The notes beneath the pieces are model-generated. The model worked only from the letters and a program-made list of their open reading frames with translations. It ran no database searches and was not told the DNA's origin. From the NCBI RefSeq assembly GCF_036365525.1, contig NC_090374.1:153296502-153360501 (forward strand): a DNA stretch of 64,000 bases, written 5' to 3'. This DNA comes from Heterodontus francisci. Lineage: Eukaryota. Below are positions 1 through 12,379 of the stretch, piece after piece (position 1 is the first letter of the stretch; each line of letters opens with the position of its first letter). The translations under genes and the position numbers were made by a program.

Positions 1-287
1 TCAAATACTGAGAAAATATTTGACTTTGCCTTTAAGAAGCATGTGCTGGTCCTGTTTGAAACAGTTACTTGATTTATGCTGCTTACTAAATAAATATAGC
101 AAGATGTTCTAGTCTAAGTGCAGCTTACAGTTACTTCACCCTTGTGCAGGCTGTTTTGGTGCCAAAACATAATCAAATTGATGAAGCAAAATAATGAAAC
201 TTACTTATAAGATTTTAATTTGCAGAGGAGATCAACAACTAGTTTATTTACAGTTCATTTTGTGCTTTCACAGACAGAAAATCAAAG

Positions 288-1149
288 ATGGCTGCACAAG
301 TACTCGAGCAATCTAGTGGGACCAGTATGTTTTCCCACCCCAGTGTTGGAATTTCTTCAAATGAGGAAATATGTGGCCTTAATTACCTCTCCAAGAATGA
401 CTTGACGGCAGCACCACAGCTGGTTATGTTGGCAAATGTTGCCTTAACTGCTGACATAAGCTGTTACGATTACCATGGAGAGGATAGACTGATGGCTGAA
501 TTGAAAACGGTAGATGACAATTTATCAGACAATGAGGAGGAATTAAGAACTGATGTGAACAATGCATTGCAGTCTGAAAGTCTAAATGCAGAAAATCCAG
601 CTCTGCCAAGTATTGCAACAAAGGACAGTTCTGAGCCTTCTTATCAAGACACTTGCGACTCAAGCATAGATTCAGCAGAAGTGCCGAATCAGGAGAGCTT
701 GACTGACAAAGGGAAAAAATCCAAACCGTTTCGCTGTCGACCCTGTCAGTATGAAGCCGAGTCCGAGGTGGAGTTTGTGCATCACATCAAAGTACATAGT
801 GCCAAAAAGTTTATTGTTGAGGAAAATGCAGAAAAGCAAACCAAATCCAAAGTTCCAGATCCTCTTCCTGAAGACACTGATATTTCTAAAGGCCCAATTC
901 GCTGCGATAGGTGTGGATATAACACAAACCGATACGACCATTACTTGGCACATCTAAAACATCATGACAAAGTTGGAGAGAATGAGAAAGTTTATAAATG
1001 TACCATCTGCACATATACTACTGTCAGTGAATATCACTGGAAAAAGCATTTGCGGAACCACTTTCCCCGGAAGGTTTATACTTGTTCACAGTGCTCTTAT
1101 TTCTCCGACAGGAAGAATAATTACGTACAGCACATGCGAACACACACAG
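288..1149 (+). CDS. REST: RE1-silencing transcription factor, first coding exon (Sin3-binding N-terminal repression domain, zinc fingers 1-4)
   Basis: ORF contains APQLVMLANVALT (411-449) and four C2H2 fingers (CRPC..HIKVH, CDRC..HLKHH, CTIC..HLRNH, CSQC..HMRTH) matching vertebrate REST. Acceptor ttcacag precedes the ATG (AG at 272-273, alternative at 276-277). Phase-1 donor G|GTATGG at 1149/1150. Confidence 0.97.
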
Positions 1150-1221
1150 GTATGGCCTCATTAGCTATGGAAAGAAAGCTGTGAGATTGTGCAGAAGTAG
1201 ATTGATTCTCAATTTTCAAAG

Positions 1222-1632
1222 AAATAATTTGCATTTATGTAATACTTTTGTCACATCTCCATGAAAGCAATGAGTTATGGTTCAAGTGTGGTCTTACTTG
1301 TTATGTAGGCAGTGTATTTGCACACAGCAAAGTCCAAAAAAACTAACAAATGAGATGAATGGCTTATCTGTTTTTGGTGGTGATGGTTAATAGGGAAATC
1401 TTGTTAGGACACTAGGAGAATTCCCTACACTTCAATTAGTGCCAGGGGATCTTTTACACCAGGTAGAAGGGATATTGGTTTAATGTTTCATTCAAAAGAC
1501 AGCATTACCAACAGTGCAGCTGTTCCTCAGTACCGTACTGAAGTGTCAGCCTAGATTATGTGCTCAAATCCTTGAGTGGTGCTTGAACCCACAATCTTCC
1601 AACTTGGGCAGGTGTTCCACTGAATGAGCTAA
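1222..1632 (-). mobile_element. DeuSINE (SacSINE1-like), degraded
   Basis: Reverse complement has a tRNA-like head (ggttcaagcacc) and Deu-domain-like aaaagatcccctggcac. Same family as 42384-42772. Confidence 0.65.
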
Positions 1633-1892
1633 GTTGATGTAGTTGATTTAAAAGCCACCAACCTCTCCCTGACTAAAGTAAGGTAGTCAAATTAGTAGAG
1701 GTGGGTACAAAAAATAGATTTGGAGTGCATCGCTGTATGTGTTGTTGCAGGACCAGCATAGCTGTGTTTGTTTAAAATCCTTCAAATGTACATTAACGCT
1801 GCAGAATAATTTCAGTATAGAGGCTTGTTTGGTATCTTTATGAAGCATTTGCAGAATTGGCAGATGATAAAGGATTGCTCTTTAACAGTAAG

Positions 1893-2150
1893 GAAGACAG
1901 ACTTGCTTTATATCGCACCTCGAGATGTCCTAAAAAGCTTTACAGCCAATGAAGTACTTTGAAGTGTAGCCACTGTTGTAATGGAGGAAATGTGCCAGGC
2001 CTTTGGAACACAGCAAGGTCCCACAAACAACAATGAGAAAAGTTACCAGATAATCTGCTTGGTGATGTTGGTTGAGGAAACATTAGCCAGGACACTGGGA
2101 ATTCAAAATAGTACCATGGGATCTTCTACTTCTGCTCGAAAGGGTCTTGT
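1893..2150 (-). mobile_element. DeuSINE (SacSINE1-like) 3' fragment
   Basis: Matches the 3' half of the same family (acagcaaggtcccacaaacaacaatgag, gccaggacactggg). Confidence 0.65.
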
Positions 2151-2545
2151 TTAAAAGTACTGTATTAGTCTTTTCATGTGGCCTTTTAAAGTTGCGCTTT
2201 GTTACCAGTTGGTAAGTCAAATCCTTGAATTGTTGTGCAAATGTATTCTGATACCTTCAAGACAATACAATAGAATGTAACATACGCAGGATCTTCTCAG
2301 CTTGAACTTGCATTGCTCTTTCTCCTAGCTATTTGAAAGTGTTGTGTTGTTTATGTTGGTGCTCAGTGATCACAGATTTGCCGAACTAAATTGCAGTGTA
2401 ATGCAATTATATTTTTGCATGTTGGAAACCGCTAAACCTGCATACGAGTACGAGCAAACAGTATAGTGGGCTGCTCTATACTGAAGAAATGATGCACACT
2501 GCTGGATAATGTGTGCTGTCAGCTTCTGATTCTTTAGGAGCAAGG

Positions 2546-5443
2546 GTTGGCATCTTTCATCCCTGAAAGATGATGGACACGCAGCAAACAATCCATTTAG
2601 GTGGGGTGTCTTCTCTTGGTACATTCTTTCTGATGGCTGTGAAGGCCAAGGGCAGGGCAGGTTCTGCTACAAGTGTTGCACGTGAAGCTGCCAAGTGATG
2701 CTGTGAGTTGTTTTTGGCATTGCCATCTGTTGCTAAGCTGCTGTAGCCACTGGTCGTCATGGTAGTGCACACCAGTCCACAGGATGTGTCGCCATTTCTC
2801 TCTTTCGCCAGCTAGTGACTGTCGGGTGCAATAATTGACATTTAGGGCCTTCATGTCACGCTTGCAAGCATCCTTGAAGTGGAGTTTGGGTGTCCCACTG
2901 GTCGTCTGGCCCCAGCTACCTCACCATACAGAAGACCCTTAGGTATGCGCCTACCTTCCATCCTGTGGACGCGTCCAATCCACCAAAACTGCCTCTGTTT
3001 GCTTAGTGCCAACACGCTCAGGAGCTCTGCCTTTGAGAGGACTACCACATTTGTGATTTTGTCCTGCCAGGATACACCCATAATGCGCCGTAGACAGCGA
3101 AGATGGAAATTATTGAGCTGCTTTTCCTGGTAGTTGTAAATCACCCATGTCTTACAGCTAAACAGCACGATACTGAGAACACAGAACTTGTAAACCATCA
3201 GCTTGGTGTTATCCCATGCACGTTTCACAAGTCGGCCAAAGGTGGTAGCTGCTTTCCCTATGTATCAAGGGATAGATTGTCTGTCACCGTGGACCCAAGG
3301 TAGCAGAATTTGCTAACCACTTCCAGTGGGGGTGTGTTTAGTGTGATTGGGGCAGAGATGCAACACCTTGTTCCATGAGCAGGATTTTCTTGATGCTTAT
3401 TGTCAAGGAGAACAAGTTACAGGCATGGGAGAGACAGTCCATGAGTCTTTGTAGCTGAGTTTCCGTGTGAGCGACTAGTGCAGCATCATCAGTGTAGAGT
3501 TCTCTGATCAGGACGTGATGTATTTTTGTTTTTGCTCTGAGACTCGATAGATCGTAGAGCTTGCCATCTGACCTAATGTGCAAGTAGATTCCTTCCGTAT
3601 CTGCAGAGAAGGCAAAGGTCGGGAGCGTGGAGACGAAGATGCCAAATAGAGTGGGGGCTAGGACACAACCCTGTTTAACTCTATTCTTTACTCTAAGACT
3701 GTCAGAAGTAGAGCCATCAGACTGTTTAGTGCAGTGCATGTTGTCATGGAAGGAGCAGATGAGATTGAGGAGCTTCGGTGGACAGCCAATTTTTCCCAAA
3801 GTTCTTGTAGAGCCCTGCTCTGCTGACGGTGTCGAATGCCTTACTGAGATCTACAAAAGTAAGGTAAAGGGGTATACTCTGTTCCCTACATTTCTCTTGT
3901 AGCTGGAGTATGGAGAAGATCATATCCACAGTAGATCTGTCAGCATGGAAACTGCACTGTGCTTCCGGGTGCACTTGGTCTGCAAGTAAATGGAGTCTTT
4001 TAAGTATGACCCTAGCAAAAGCCTTCCCTGTGAAGCTAAGGAGTGAGATGCTCCTGTAGTTGTTGCAGACTCCTCTGTTGCCTTTGTTTTTGTATAGTGT
4101 GATGATTTTGGCATCACACATCTCCTGTGGAACAGAGTCTACTTTCCAGCAGAGCAGGGGAAGGTCATAAAGGTGTGGCAATAGATGGGACTTTCCGTGC
4201 TTGAGCAGTTCGGCTGGGATTCTGTCCTTGTCCGGTGCCCTTCTTTTCGCCAGGCGGTCTACGGCCTTCTCAAGCTCAAGTGATGAGGGTTCTTCATCTA
4301 ACTCATCCATGACAGGAGGATGTGGGAGAGTGCAAGTGCAGACTGGGAGATGTTTGATTCACAGGGGCACAGCTCACGGTAGTGATCAGCCCAGCGGGAC
4401 ATCTGTTTACCTCAGTTGGTGAGTACTTCACCATCTGCCGACTTCAGGGGAGCAACATTGGTGACAGCAGGGCCAGGTGCCCTCTTGATCCCTTCCTACA
4501 TAGCTCGTAGATTTCCTTTGTCACATGCGGTTTTTATTCCTTGACATTAGCACAGTGTTTGCGCAGTGTCTCTCCTTTGCACGACTATCTTGGCTACTTT
4601 CAGGTTATGCAGTGTCTTAGCTGTTGGGTTTATGTTGTGCGTCATGTAGACTTTATTTTTCGCATCAATGACAGATATCATTGCAGCTGAGTAGGCCTCA
4701 AACCAGTCCTTGTTGCAGTTTCTGCCTTTACCAAATGATGCTTCTGCTGCTTCATTGATGATTGTGCTTAGTGACTTCCAAGCTTCATCAATGCTGGCAT
4801 CGGTGCTTCACATTAAGGCTTTGGTGGGTAGCAAGTATTCTAGCGACAGTGCAAAGTGCTGGTATTTGGCATCATTTCTTGTGCAAGGGATGTGAATGCG
4901 TGTTGGGCTGTTGCGGTTGGAGCTGTGGAACTTTCAAGGGTGCAGCTTCACTCTGCTGCTAAGAGAGTGGTTGGTGTTGCAATCTGTGCTGTGGTAGGTG
5001 GGGGTGTGAAGAACACTGGGTAGATCGGGCCTCCTCTTGATGACTACGTCTAGTTGGTGCCAATGACCAGACGTTGGGTGATGCCATGATACCTTGTGGC
5101 GACCCTGGAATAAAGTTTTGGTGATGCAGTGTTCATTCAGGGCACAAAGCTCAAGAAAGCCTTATCCACTATTGTTGATCTTGCCCACCCCATGACGACC
5201 GAGATACGTTGGCCATGAATCACTGTCTGCCCCAACGCGTGCATTGATGTCACCCAGGATATTTCCATTTAGGATGTTCCTGAGAACGTCATCTAGGGTG
5301 TCATAGAAATGCTGTTTATCTGAAATGCTGGTGTTCAGATTTGGTGTGTAAATGCATCCGATGTTCACTGTGCCTCCATCGGATGATAACCACAGGGAGA
5401 TGAGGCACTTCGAGGTGGCTACTGATGGCTCAATTGACCGTGT
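2546..5443 (-). mobile_element. RTE-clade LINE family A, copy 1, 3' part (disrupted APE-RT ORF)
   Basis: Minus-strand ORF fragments FVDLSKAFDTVSR, VKQGCVLAPTLFGIF, FHLRCLRRIMGVSWQDKITN and a C-terminal CxxC..H motif. Many frameshifts and stops. Confidence 0.92.
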
Positions 5444-8400
5444 ACTAGAGTCATGGAGTTATACAGCACAGAAATAGGCCCTTCGGCCCAACGTGTCTGT
5501 GCTGGCCATCCAGCTCCCAGCTATTCTAATCCCATATTCCTGCACGTGCCCCGTAGCCTTGTATGCTGTGGCGTTTCAAGTGCTCATCTAAATATTTCTT
5601 CAATGTTGTGAGGGTTCCTGCCTCTACCACCTCTTCAGGCAGTGCGTTCCAGATTCCAACCACCCTCTGGGTGAAAAATGTTTTCCTTAAATCCCCCCTA
5701 AACCTCCTGTCCCTTGCCCTAAATCTATGCCCCCTGGTCCTTGACGCCTCCGCTAAGGGAAAAAGTTTCTTCCTATCTAACCTATCAATGCCCCTCATAA
5801 TCTTGTACACCTCAATCATGTCCCCCCCCCTCAGCCTTCTCTGCTCCAAGGAAAACAACTCTAGCTGTTTCAGTCTCTCTTCATAGCTGAAATGCTCCAG
5901 CCCAGGCAACATTCTGGTAAATTTCCTCTGCACCTTCTCCAGTGCAATCACATCCTTCCTATAGTGTGGTGACCAGAACTGTACACAGTACTCCAGCTGT
6001 GGCCTAACTAGCGTTTTATATAGCTGCATCATAACCTCCCTGCTCTTCTATGCCTCAACTAATAAAGGCAAGTATCCCATATGCCTTCCTAACCACCTTA
6101 TCTACCTGTGCTGCTGCCTTCATTGATCAATGGACAAGTACACCAAGGACCTTCTGCACTTCCTAGCGTCCTACCATCCATTGTGTATTCCCTTGCCATG
6201 TTCGATCTCCCAAAATGCATTACCTCTCACTTTTCAGGATTAAATTCCATTTGCCACTGCTCCGCCCATCTTACCAGCCCATCTATACCTCCCTGTAATC
6301 TAAGGATTTCCTCCTCACTATTTGCAACACCACCAATATTCGTGTCATCTGCGTATTTACTGATCATACCTCTTATCTTTTGGGCCTCCTTATCTCGAGA
6401 GACAATGGATACGCGCCTGGAGGTGGTCAGTGGTTTGTGAAGCAGCGCCTGGAGTGGCTATAAAGGCCAATTCTAGAGTGACAGGCTCTTCCACAGGTGC
6501 TGCAGAGAAATTTGTTTGTCGGGGCTGTTGCACAGTTGGCTCTCCCCTTGCACCTCTGTCTTCCTGCCAACTACTAAGTCTCTTCGACTCACCACATTTT
6601 AGCCCTGTCTTTATGGCTGCCCGCCAGCTCTGGCGAACGCTGGCAACTGACTCCCACGACTTGTGATCAATGTCACACGATTTCATGTCGCGTTTGCACA
6701 CGTCTTTAAAGCAGAGACGTGAACGGCCGGTGGGTCTGATACCAGTGGCGAGCTCGCTGTACAATGTGTCTTTGGGGATCCTGCCATCTTCCATGCGGCT
6801 CACATGGCCAAGCCATCTCAAGCGCCGCTGACTCAGTAGTGTGTACAAGCTGGGGATGTTGGCCGCCTCGAGGACTTCTGTGTTGGAGATACGGTCCTGC
6901 CACCTGATGCCAAGTATTCTCCGGATGCAGCGAAGATGGAATGAATTGAGACGTCGCTCTTGGCTGGCATACGTTGTCCAGGCCTCGCTGCCATAGAGCA
7001 AGGTACTGAGGACACAGGCCTGATACACTCGGACTTTTGTGTTCCGTGTCAGTGCGCCATTTTCCCACACTCTCTTGGCCAGTCTGGACATAGCAGTGGA
7101 AGCCTTACCCATGCGCTTGTTGATTTCTGCATCTAGAGACAGGTTACTGGTGATAGTTGAGCCTAGGTAGGTGAACTCTTGAACCACTTCCAGAGCATGG
7201 TCGCCAATATTGATGGATGGAGCATTTCTGACGTCCTGCCCCATGATGTTCGTTTTCTTGAGGCTGATGGTTAGGCCAAATTCTTTGCAGGCAGCCGCAA
7301 ACCTGTCGATGAGACTCTGCAGGCACTCTTCAGTGTTAAAGCAGCATCGTCAGCAAAGAGGAGTTTCCTGATGAGGACTTTCCGTACTTTGGACGTCGCT
7401 CTTAGATGGGCAAGGTTGAACAACCTGCCCCCTGATCTTGTGTGGAGGAAAATTCCATCTTCAGAGGACTTGAACGCATGTGAAAGCAGCAGGGAGAAGA
7501 AAATCCCAAAAAGTGTGGGTGCGAGAACACAGCCCTGTTTCACGCCACTCAGGATAGGAAAGGGCTCTGATGAGGAGCCACCATGTTGAATTGTGCCTTT
7601 CATATTGTCATATTCTCTTATATTCACGTCTAAATCATTAATGTACACTACAAACGCAAGGGTCCCAGCACCGATCCCTGTGGTACACCACTGGTCACAG
7701 GCTTCCACTCACAAAAACAGCCCTCGACCATTACCCTCTGCCTCCTGTCGCTAAGCCAATTTTGGATCCAATTTGCCAAATTGCCCTGGATCCCATGGGC
7801 TCTTACCGTCTTAACCAATCTCCCATGCAGGACCTTATCAAAAGCCTTACTGAAGTCCATGTATACTACATCTACTGCTTTACCCTCATCTACACATTTA
7901 GTCACCTCCTCGAAAAATTCAATCAAGTTAGTTAGACACGATCTCCCCCTGCCAAAGCCATGCTGATTATCCCTGATTAATCCCCGCCTCTCCAAGTGGA
8001 GATTTATCCTGTCCCTCAGAATTTTTTCCAATATTTTCCCAACCACTGATGTTAGACTCACCGGCCTGTAATTACCTGGTTTATCCCTAGTACCCTTCTT
8101 GAATAATGGTACCACATTCGCTGACCTCCAGTCCTCTGGTACCTCTCCTGTGGCCAGAGAGGATTTGAAAATTTGTGTTAGAGCCCCTGCTATCTCCTCC
8201 ATTGCCTCACATAACAGCCTGGGATACATCTCATCTGGGCCTGAGGATTTATCCACTTTTATGCCCGCTAAAACAGCTAATATTTCCGCCCTTTCAATGG
8301 TAATATGTTCAAGTAAATCACAATCCCCCTCCCTGATCTCTGCACTTACATCGTCCTTCTCCATAGTGAGCACCGATGAAAAGTAGTCATTTAAAACCTC

Positions 8401-10358
8401 ACCTATGTCCTCTGGCTCCACACAAAGATTGCCACGTTGGTCCCTAATGGGCCCTACTCTTTGCTGGTTATCCTCTTACCCTTAATATTCTTATAAAACG
8501 CCTTGGGATTTTCCTTTATCTTGCCCACCAGTGTTTTTTCATGTCCCCTCTTTGCTGTCCTAATTACTTTTTAAAGTACCCCCCCCCCTACACTTTCTAT
8601 ACTCCTCTAGTGCCTCCGCTGTTTTCAGTGGTTGGGATCTGCCGTAAGCCTCCTTTTTTTCCCTGATCCAATCCTCTATATCCCTTGACATCCAGGGTTC
8701 CCTGGGCCTGTTAGTCCTACCCTTCACCTTAACGGGTACATGTTGGCTCTGAACTCTCACAATTTCCTCTTTGACTCCCACTGATGTGATGTAGACTTTC
8801 CTACAAGTAGCTGCTCCCAGTCCACTTTGGCCAGATTCTGTTTTATCATATTGAAATCGGCCTTCCCCCAATTCTGTACCTTTATTTCTGGTCCATCTTT
8901 GTCCTTTTCCATAACTACCTTAAATCTTAGATTTATGGTCACTATCCCCGAAATGCTCCCCCATTGACACTTCTGCCACTTGACCGGCTTCATTCCCTAG
9001 GATTAGGTCCAGTACTGCCCCTTCTCTTCTAGGACTTTCTACATACTGGCTGAAAAAGCTCTCCTGTATGCATTTTAAGAATTCTGTCCCTTTTAAGCCT
9101 TTTGCACTAAGACTATCCCAGTTAATATTGGGGAAGTTGAAATCCTCTACTATTATTACCCTATTATTTTTACCCCTTTCAGAGATTTGCCTACATATCT
9201 GCTCCTTTATCTCTTCCTGACTGTTTGGAGGCCTGTAGTACATACCCAGCCAAGTGATTGCCCCCTTTTTGTTTTTAAGTTCTACCCAAATGGCCTCATT
9301 TGAGGAATCTTCTAAGATATCATCCCTCCTTACTGCAGTAATTGACTCCTTAGTCAACAGTGCAATGCCACCTCCTCTTTTATCCCCTCCCCTGTTGCGC
9401 GTGAAGATTCTATACCCTGGAATATTGAGCTGCCAGTCCTGTCCCTCCCTCAGCCATGTCTCTGTGATAGCAATATTATCATAATCCCATGTGCTAATCA
9501 AAGCCCTCAATTCATCTGCCTTACTAGTAAGACTCCTTGCATTGAAATAGATGCAATCCAACCTTGCATTTTTTCCTTCTGCCTTACCACGTCTATATTT
9601 GCTCTGCCTTCCAGGCAGACTCACTTTCTGTTCTATATTACCCCCTACTGTACCTCCACTCTGTATCCCATCCCCCTACCAAATTAGTTTAAACACCTCC
9701 CCAACAGCACTAGCAAATCTCCCAGAAGGATGCTTGTTCTATTCCGGTTCAGGTGCAACTTGTACAGGTCCCACCTTTGCCAAAAACAGACCCGGTGATC
9801 CAGGAAACTAAAGCCCTCCCTCCTGCACCATCTCCTCAACCAAGCAGTCATCTGCTCTATCCTCCTATTTCTAAACTCACTAGCATGTGGCACTGGGAGT
9901 AATCAAGAGATTACAACCTCAGAGGTCCTGCTTTTTAATCTGCTACCTAGCTCCCTAAATTCTTGTTGCAGGACCTCATCCCTTTTTCTACCTATGTCAT
10001 TGGTACCAATGTGTACCACGATCTCTGGCTGCTCAACCTGCCCCTTCAGAATGTCCTGCAACCGCTCCGTGACATCCTTGACCCTAGCACCAGGGAGGCA
10101 CTTGAGGTTTTTAAAAAAAAAAACTTTTCCTTTTTTTAAGCAACTTAAATGCACCAACAGCTATTACTTACCCAACTAATCACCTTGCAGAATTTCCGTG
10201 ATGTCACTAAGTTTTGTTTTCCTCTTTTTCGAGTCTCAGCGTGCGCTGAGAGACACAGGGAGCCAGCCGCCGCTCCCAGGTAAGTGAAAGAGGGCCTCGA
10301 GCCCCACTCTTTATTTCCAGCCATGCATGTCCGCCAGCTGCCACCGCCGCCGCTCCCA
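5444..10358 (-). mobile_element. Near full-length CR1 LINE (5'UTR, partial ORF1 esterase, ORF2 APE-RT) inserted into RTE family A
   Basis: ORF1 CLPGARV..VHIGTNDIG (SGNH esterase). ORF2 [53 protein letters not shown]. Flanked by the duplication ggctcaattgac(c/t)gt at 5427-5441 and 10359-10373. Confidence 0.95.
6377..7614 (-). mobile_element. RTE-clade LINE family B, 5'-truncated, nested in the CR1
   Basis: GVKQGCVLAPTLFGIFF, LFADDAAL, FTYLGSTI, RRLRWLGHV. 7-bp TSD ctcttat at 6370-6376 and 7615-7621. Confidence 0.95.
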
Positions 10359-11740
10359 GGCTCAATTGACTGTCAGTCGATTGCTCACTGCGAAGCCTAT
10401 AAAATGCTCAGGGCACTCTTCAGCATGCTTTCCAATCCAGTAGAAGATGTAATTAACCTTTCGAATAGAGCCTATGTTGGCTCATCTGGTTTCTTGTAGA
10501 GCGGCAGTGTCAACACCAAGCTTGTGTAGCTCACCGTTGATCAGGGCTGCCTTGCATACACTTGCTGTGGAGTGTGGGTCGTTGTTCATTCCAGGATACA
10601 GTTCTCACCTTCCAGCTTCCAAGCCAAAGGGTTACCTTTTTTTTTTGCTGCATAGCCTAGACATGATTTTAGGTGGGGCACTTGCCTAGCATCTGCATAG
10701 GCTCATAGACTTCTTCATAGGCTGGTGTCCAGAGGAAAGACGAAAGCCTGTATGTCTGGGGACTATTCAGTTGCGGGAGTTGCTAGAAGGTGCTAACTTG
10801 AGGGAAACACCAACGGCCTGACGGGTCTCCAATCTAGATTTTGTCGAGTTTACTCCCTTAGCCATTAGCTCTTGATATTGTTAATGTTGAAGGCAAGAAC
10901 CAGCAGGGCCCAAGATCGGCACAAAAGTAGGTGTGATCTTGTCCTCCGGGTGATTGAAGGGAGCAGCTACAGGTCATTGCTTCCCACCTCCAGGTTGCCA
11001 TCTCCATCCCCTGAACCCTCCAGCTACTACGTCTTCAGGTGGTCAATCTGAGATGACTGTAGGTCGCTTAGGAGTGAACTCAGTGCAGGTGAGTGATTTT
11101 TCTGGCCAGGAACAGGCTGGAAAAACTAGTATAACCAGTGGTCAGTCACAGGCTCAGCGGGAGAGTGAAGTTTCCCCCACCACTTCTGTAATTGAAAGGA
11201 CAGTAAACTGATCAAAGTTACTTTAAATATCACAACAGAGTGGTAATTCAGAGACAAAGTTGGGTCTTGTGTTATAACCAGTGTAGTCCAGAGCAAGCAT
11301 GTCATCTTGTTGATATAAGTCTAGAGATTTGACGCCAGGTTTCAAAGATCTAGATCTAGATTTTTTTCACAGCTGACATATCAGAAAAACTAAAAAAGGC
11401 AGCAAATTAGAGACAGAAGCAGAGTCTTACATATTTTCCAATGTGGCCCAGCACAGGGACATGATCTTGATGCCCTTCGAAGCCAGATTTGAGAGAAAAC
11501 CCACACCCAGGTCTTATCCAGATCTTTGCCGGAGCTCACAAGGTAAAGTCGGGGGTTGGGGTTTGTACCATCAAACAGAGGCATTTGAACTAACAGTTAA
11601 CTTGAAGTTTGGGCTAAAAATCCACCCACAGTTAGAATCAGGGGAACTTAAACAGCAGAAAAGAGGATTTAGTGGAGAGAAAGAGCAACGGATGGCAGCA
11701 GATGGCCACGGATAGACATGAACAGTGAGGAGCTCCCTAG
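10359..11740 (-). mobile_element. RTE family A copy 1, 5' part (start of endonuclease, 5'UTR and extension)
   Basis: Continues the element interrupted at 5443 and is collinear with the + strand copy at 43665-45340. Confidence 0.85.
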
Positions 11741-12379
11741 GCAGCCTTAAAGGGACCATGCAGTACAACAAACAGGCCACGCACAACAAAGCAAAATTAA
11801 AGGAATGTTGCTGGTAACTAGCCTGGCTGAGTCCTGAAGAGTATAACTGCCTGTGTCAGGGAGTAAGGGAACCAACATGAGGGAATAAGAAATGTGATCT
11901 CATCCACACCAGGCAGAACTTCCCTGATAGCTTTGCTAATAATGAGCACTATAGATAGGTTCCTTGTTACAGTAAAAGTTTGATCATCACAGTGAGGTTA
12001 CATCATTGGGTGAAGTGGCACTACCACTGTGCTAGGAGATACAAAGAAAAGATCTGCCTGTTGAAAATTGGACATCCATGAGGCCCTGTGGGCCAGTAGC
12101 AGAATTGTATATCATTACAATTGGTAAGTTCCTGGCCCAGCACATCCTTCATTCCAAAATCAAAATGAGTGGTGAGCCCTGGTATCATACATTCCTTAGA
12201 ATGCTGCACAAACCTGCCATACCTACATGTTAAATGGCAGAAACAGTGTATTATAGACGCAGCTATGTCCCACTACCAATGGCGCAGAGCAGTGCTCTAT
12301 GAAAAATCAGATAACAGGAGAAAGTGGCTCAAACAGCATCCCAAACTTCACCATAGCAGAGAGTAGCATGCAAGTGGCA

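Noticed and set aside
2536-11869. ggagcaaggg (2537-2546) and ggagtaaggg (11860-11869) as the TSD of RTE-A copy 1
   Set aside because: It is a short match with a mismatch, and similarity to copy 2 ends near 11740, so the 5' boundary cannot be confirmed.
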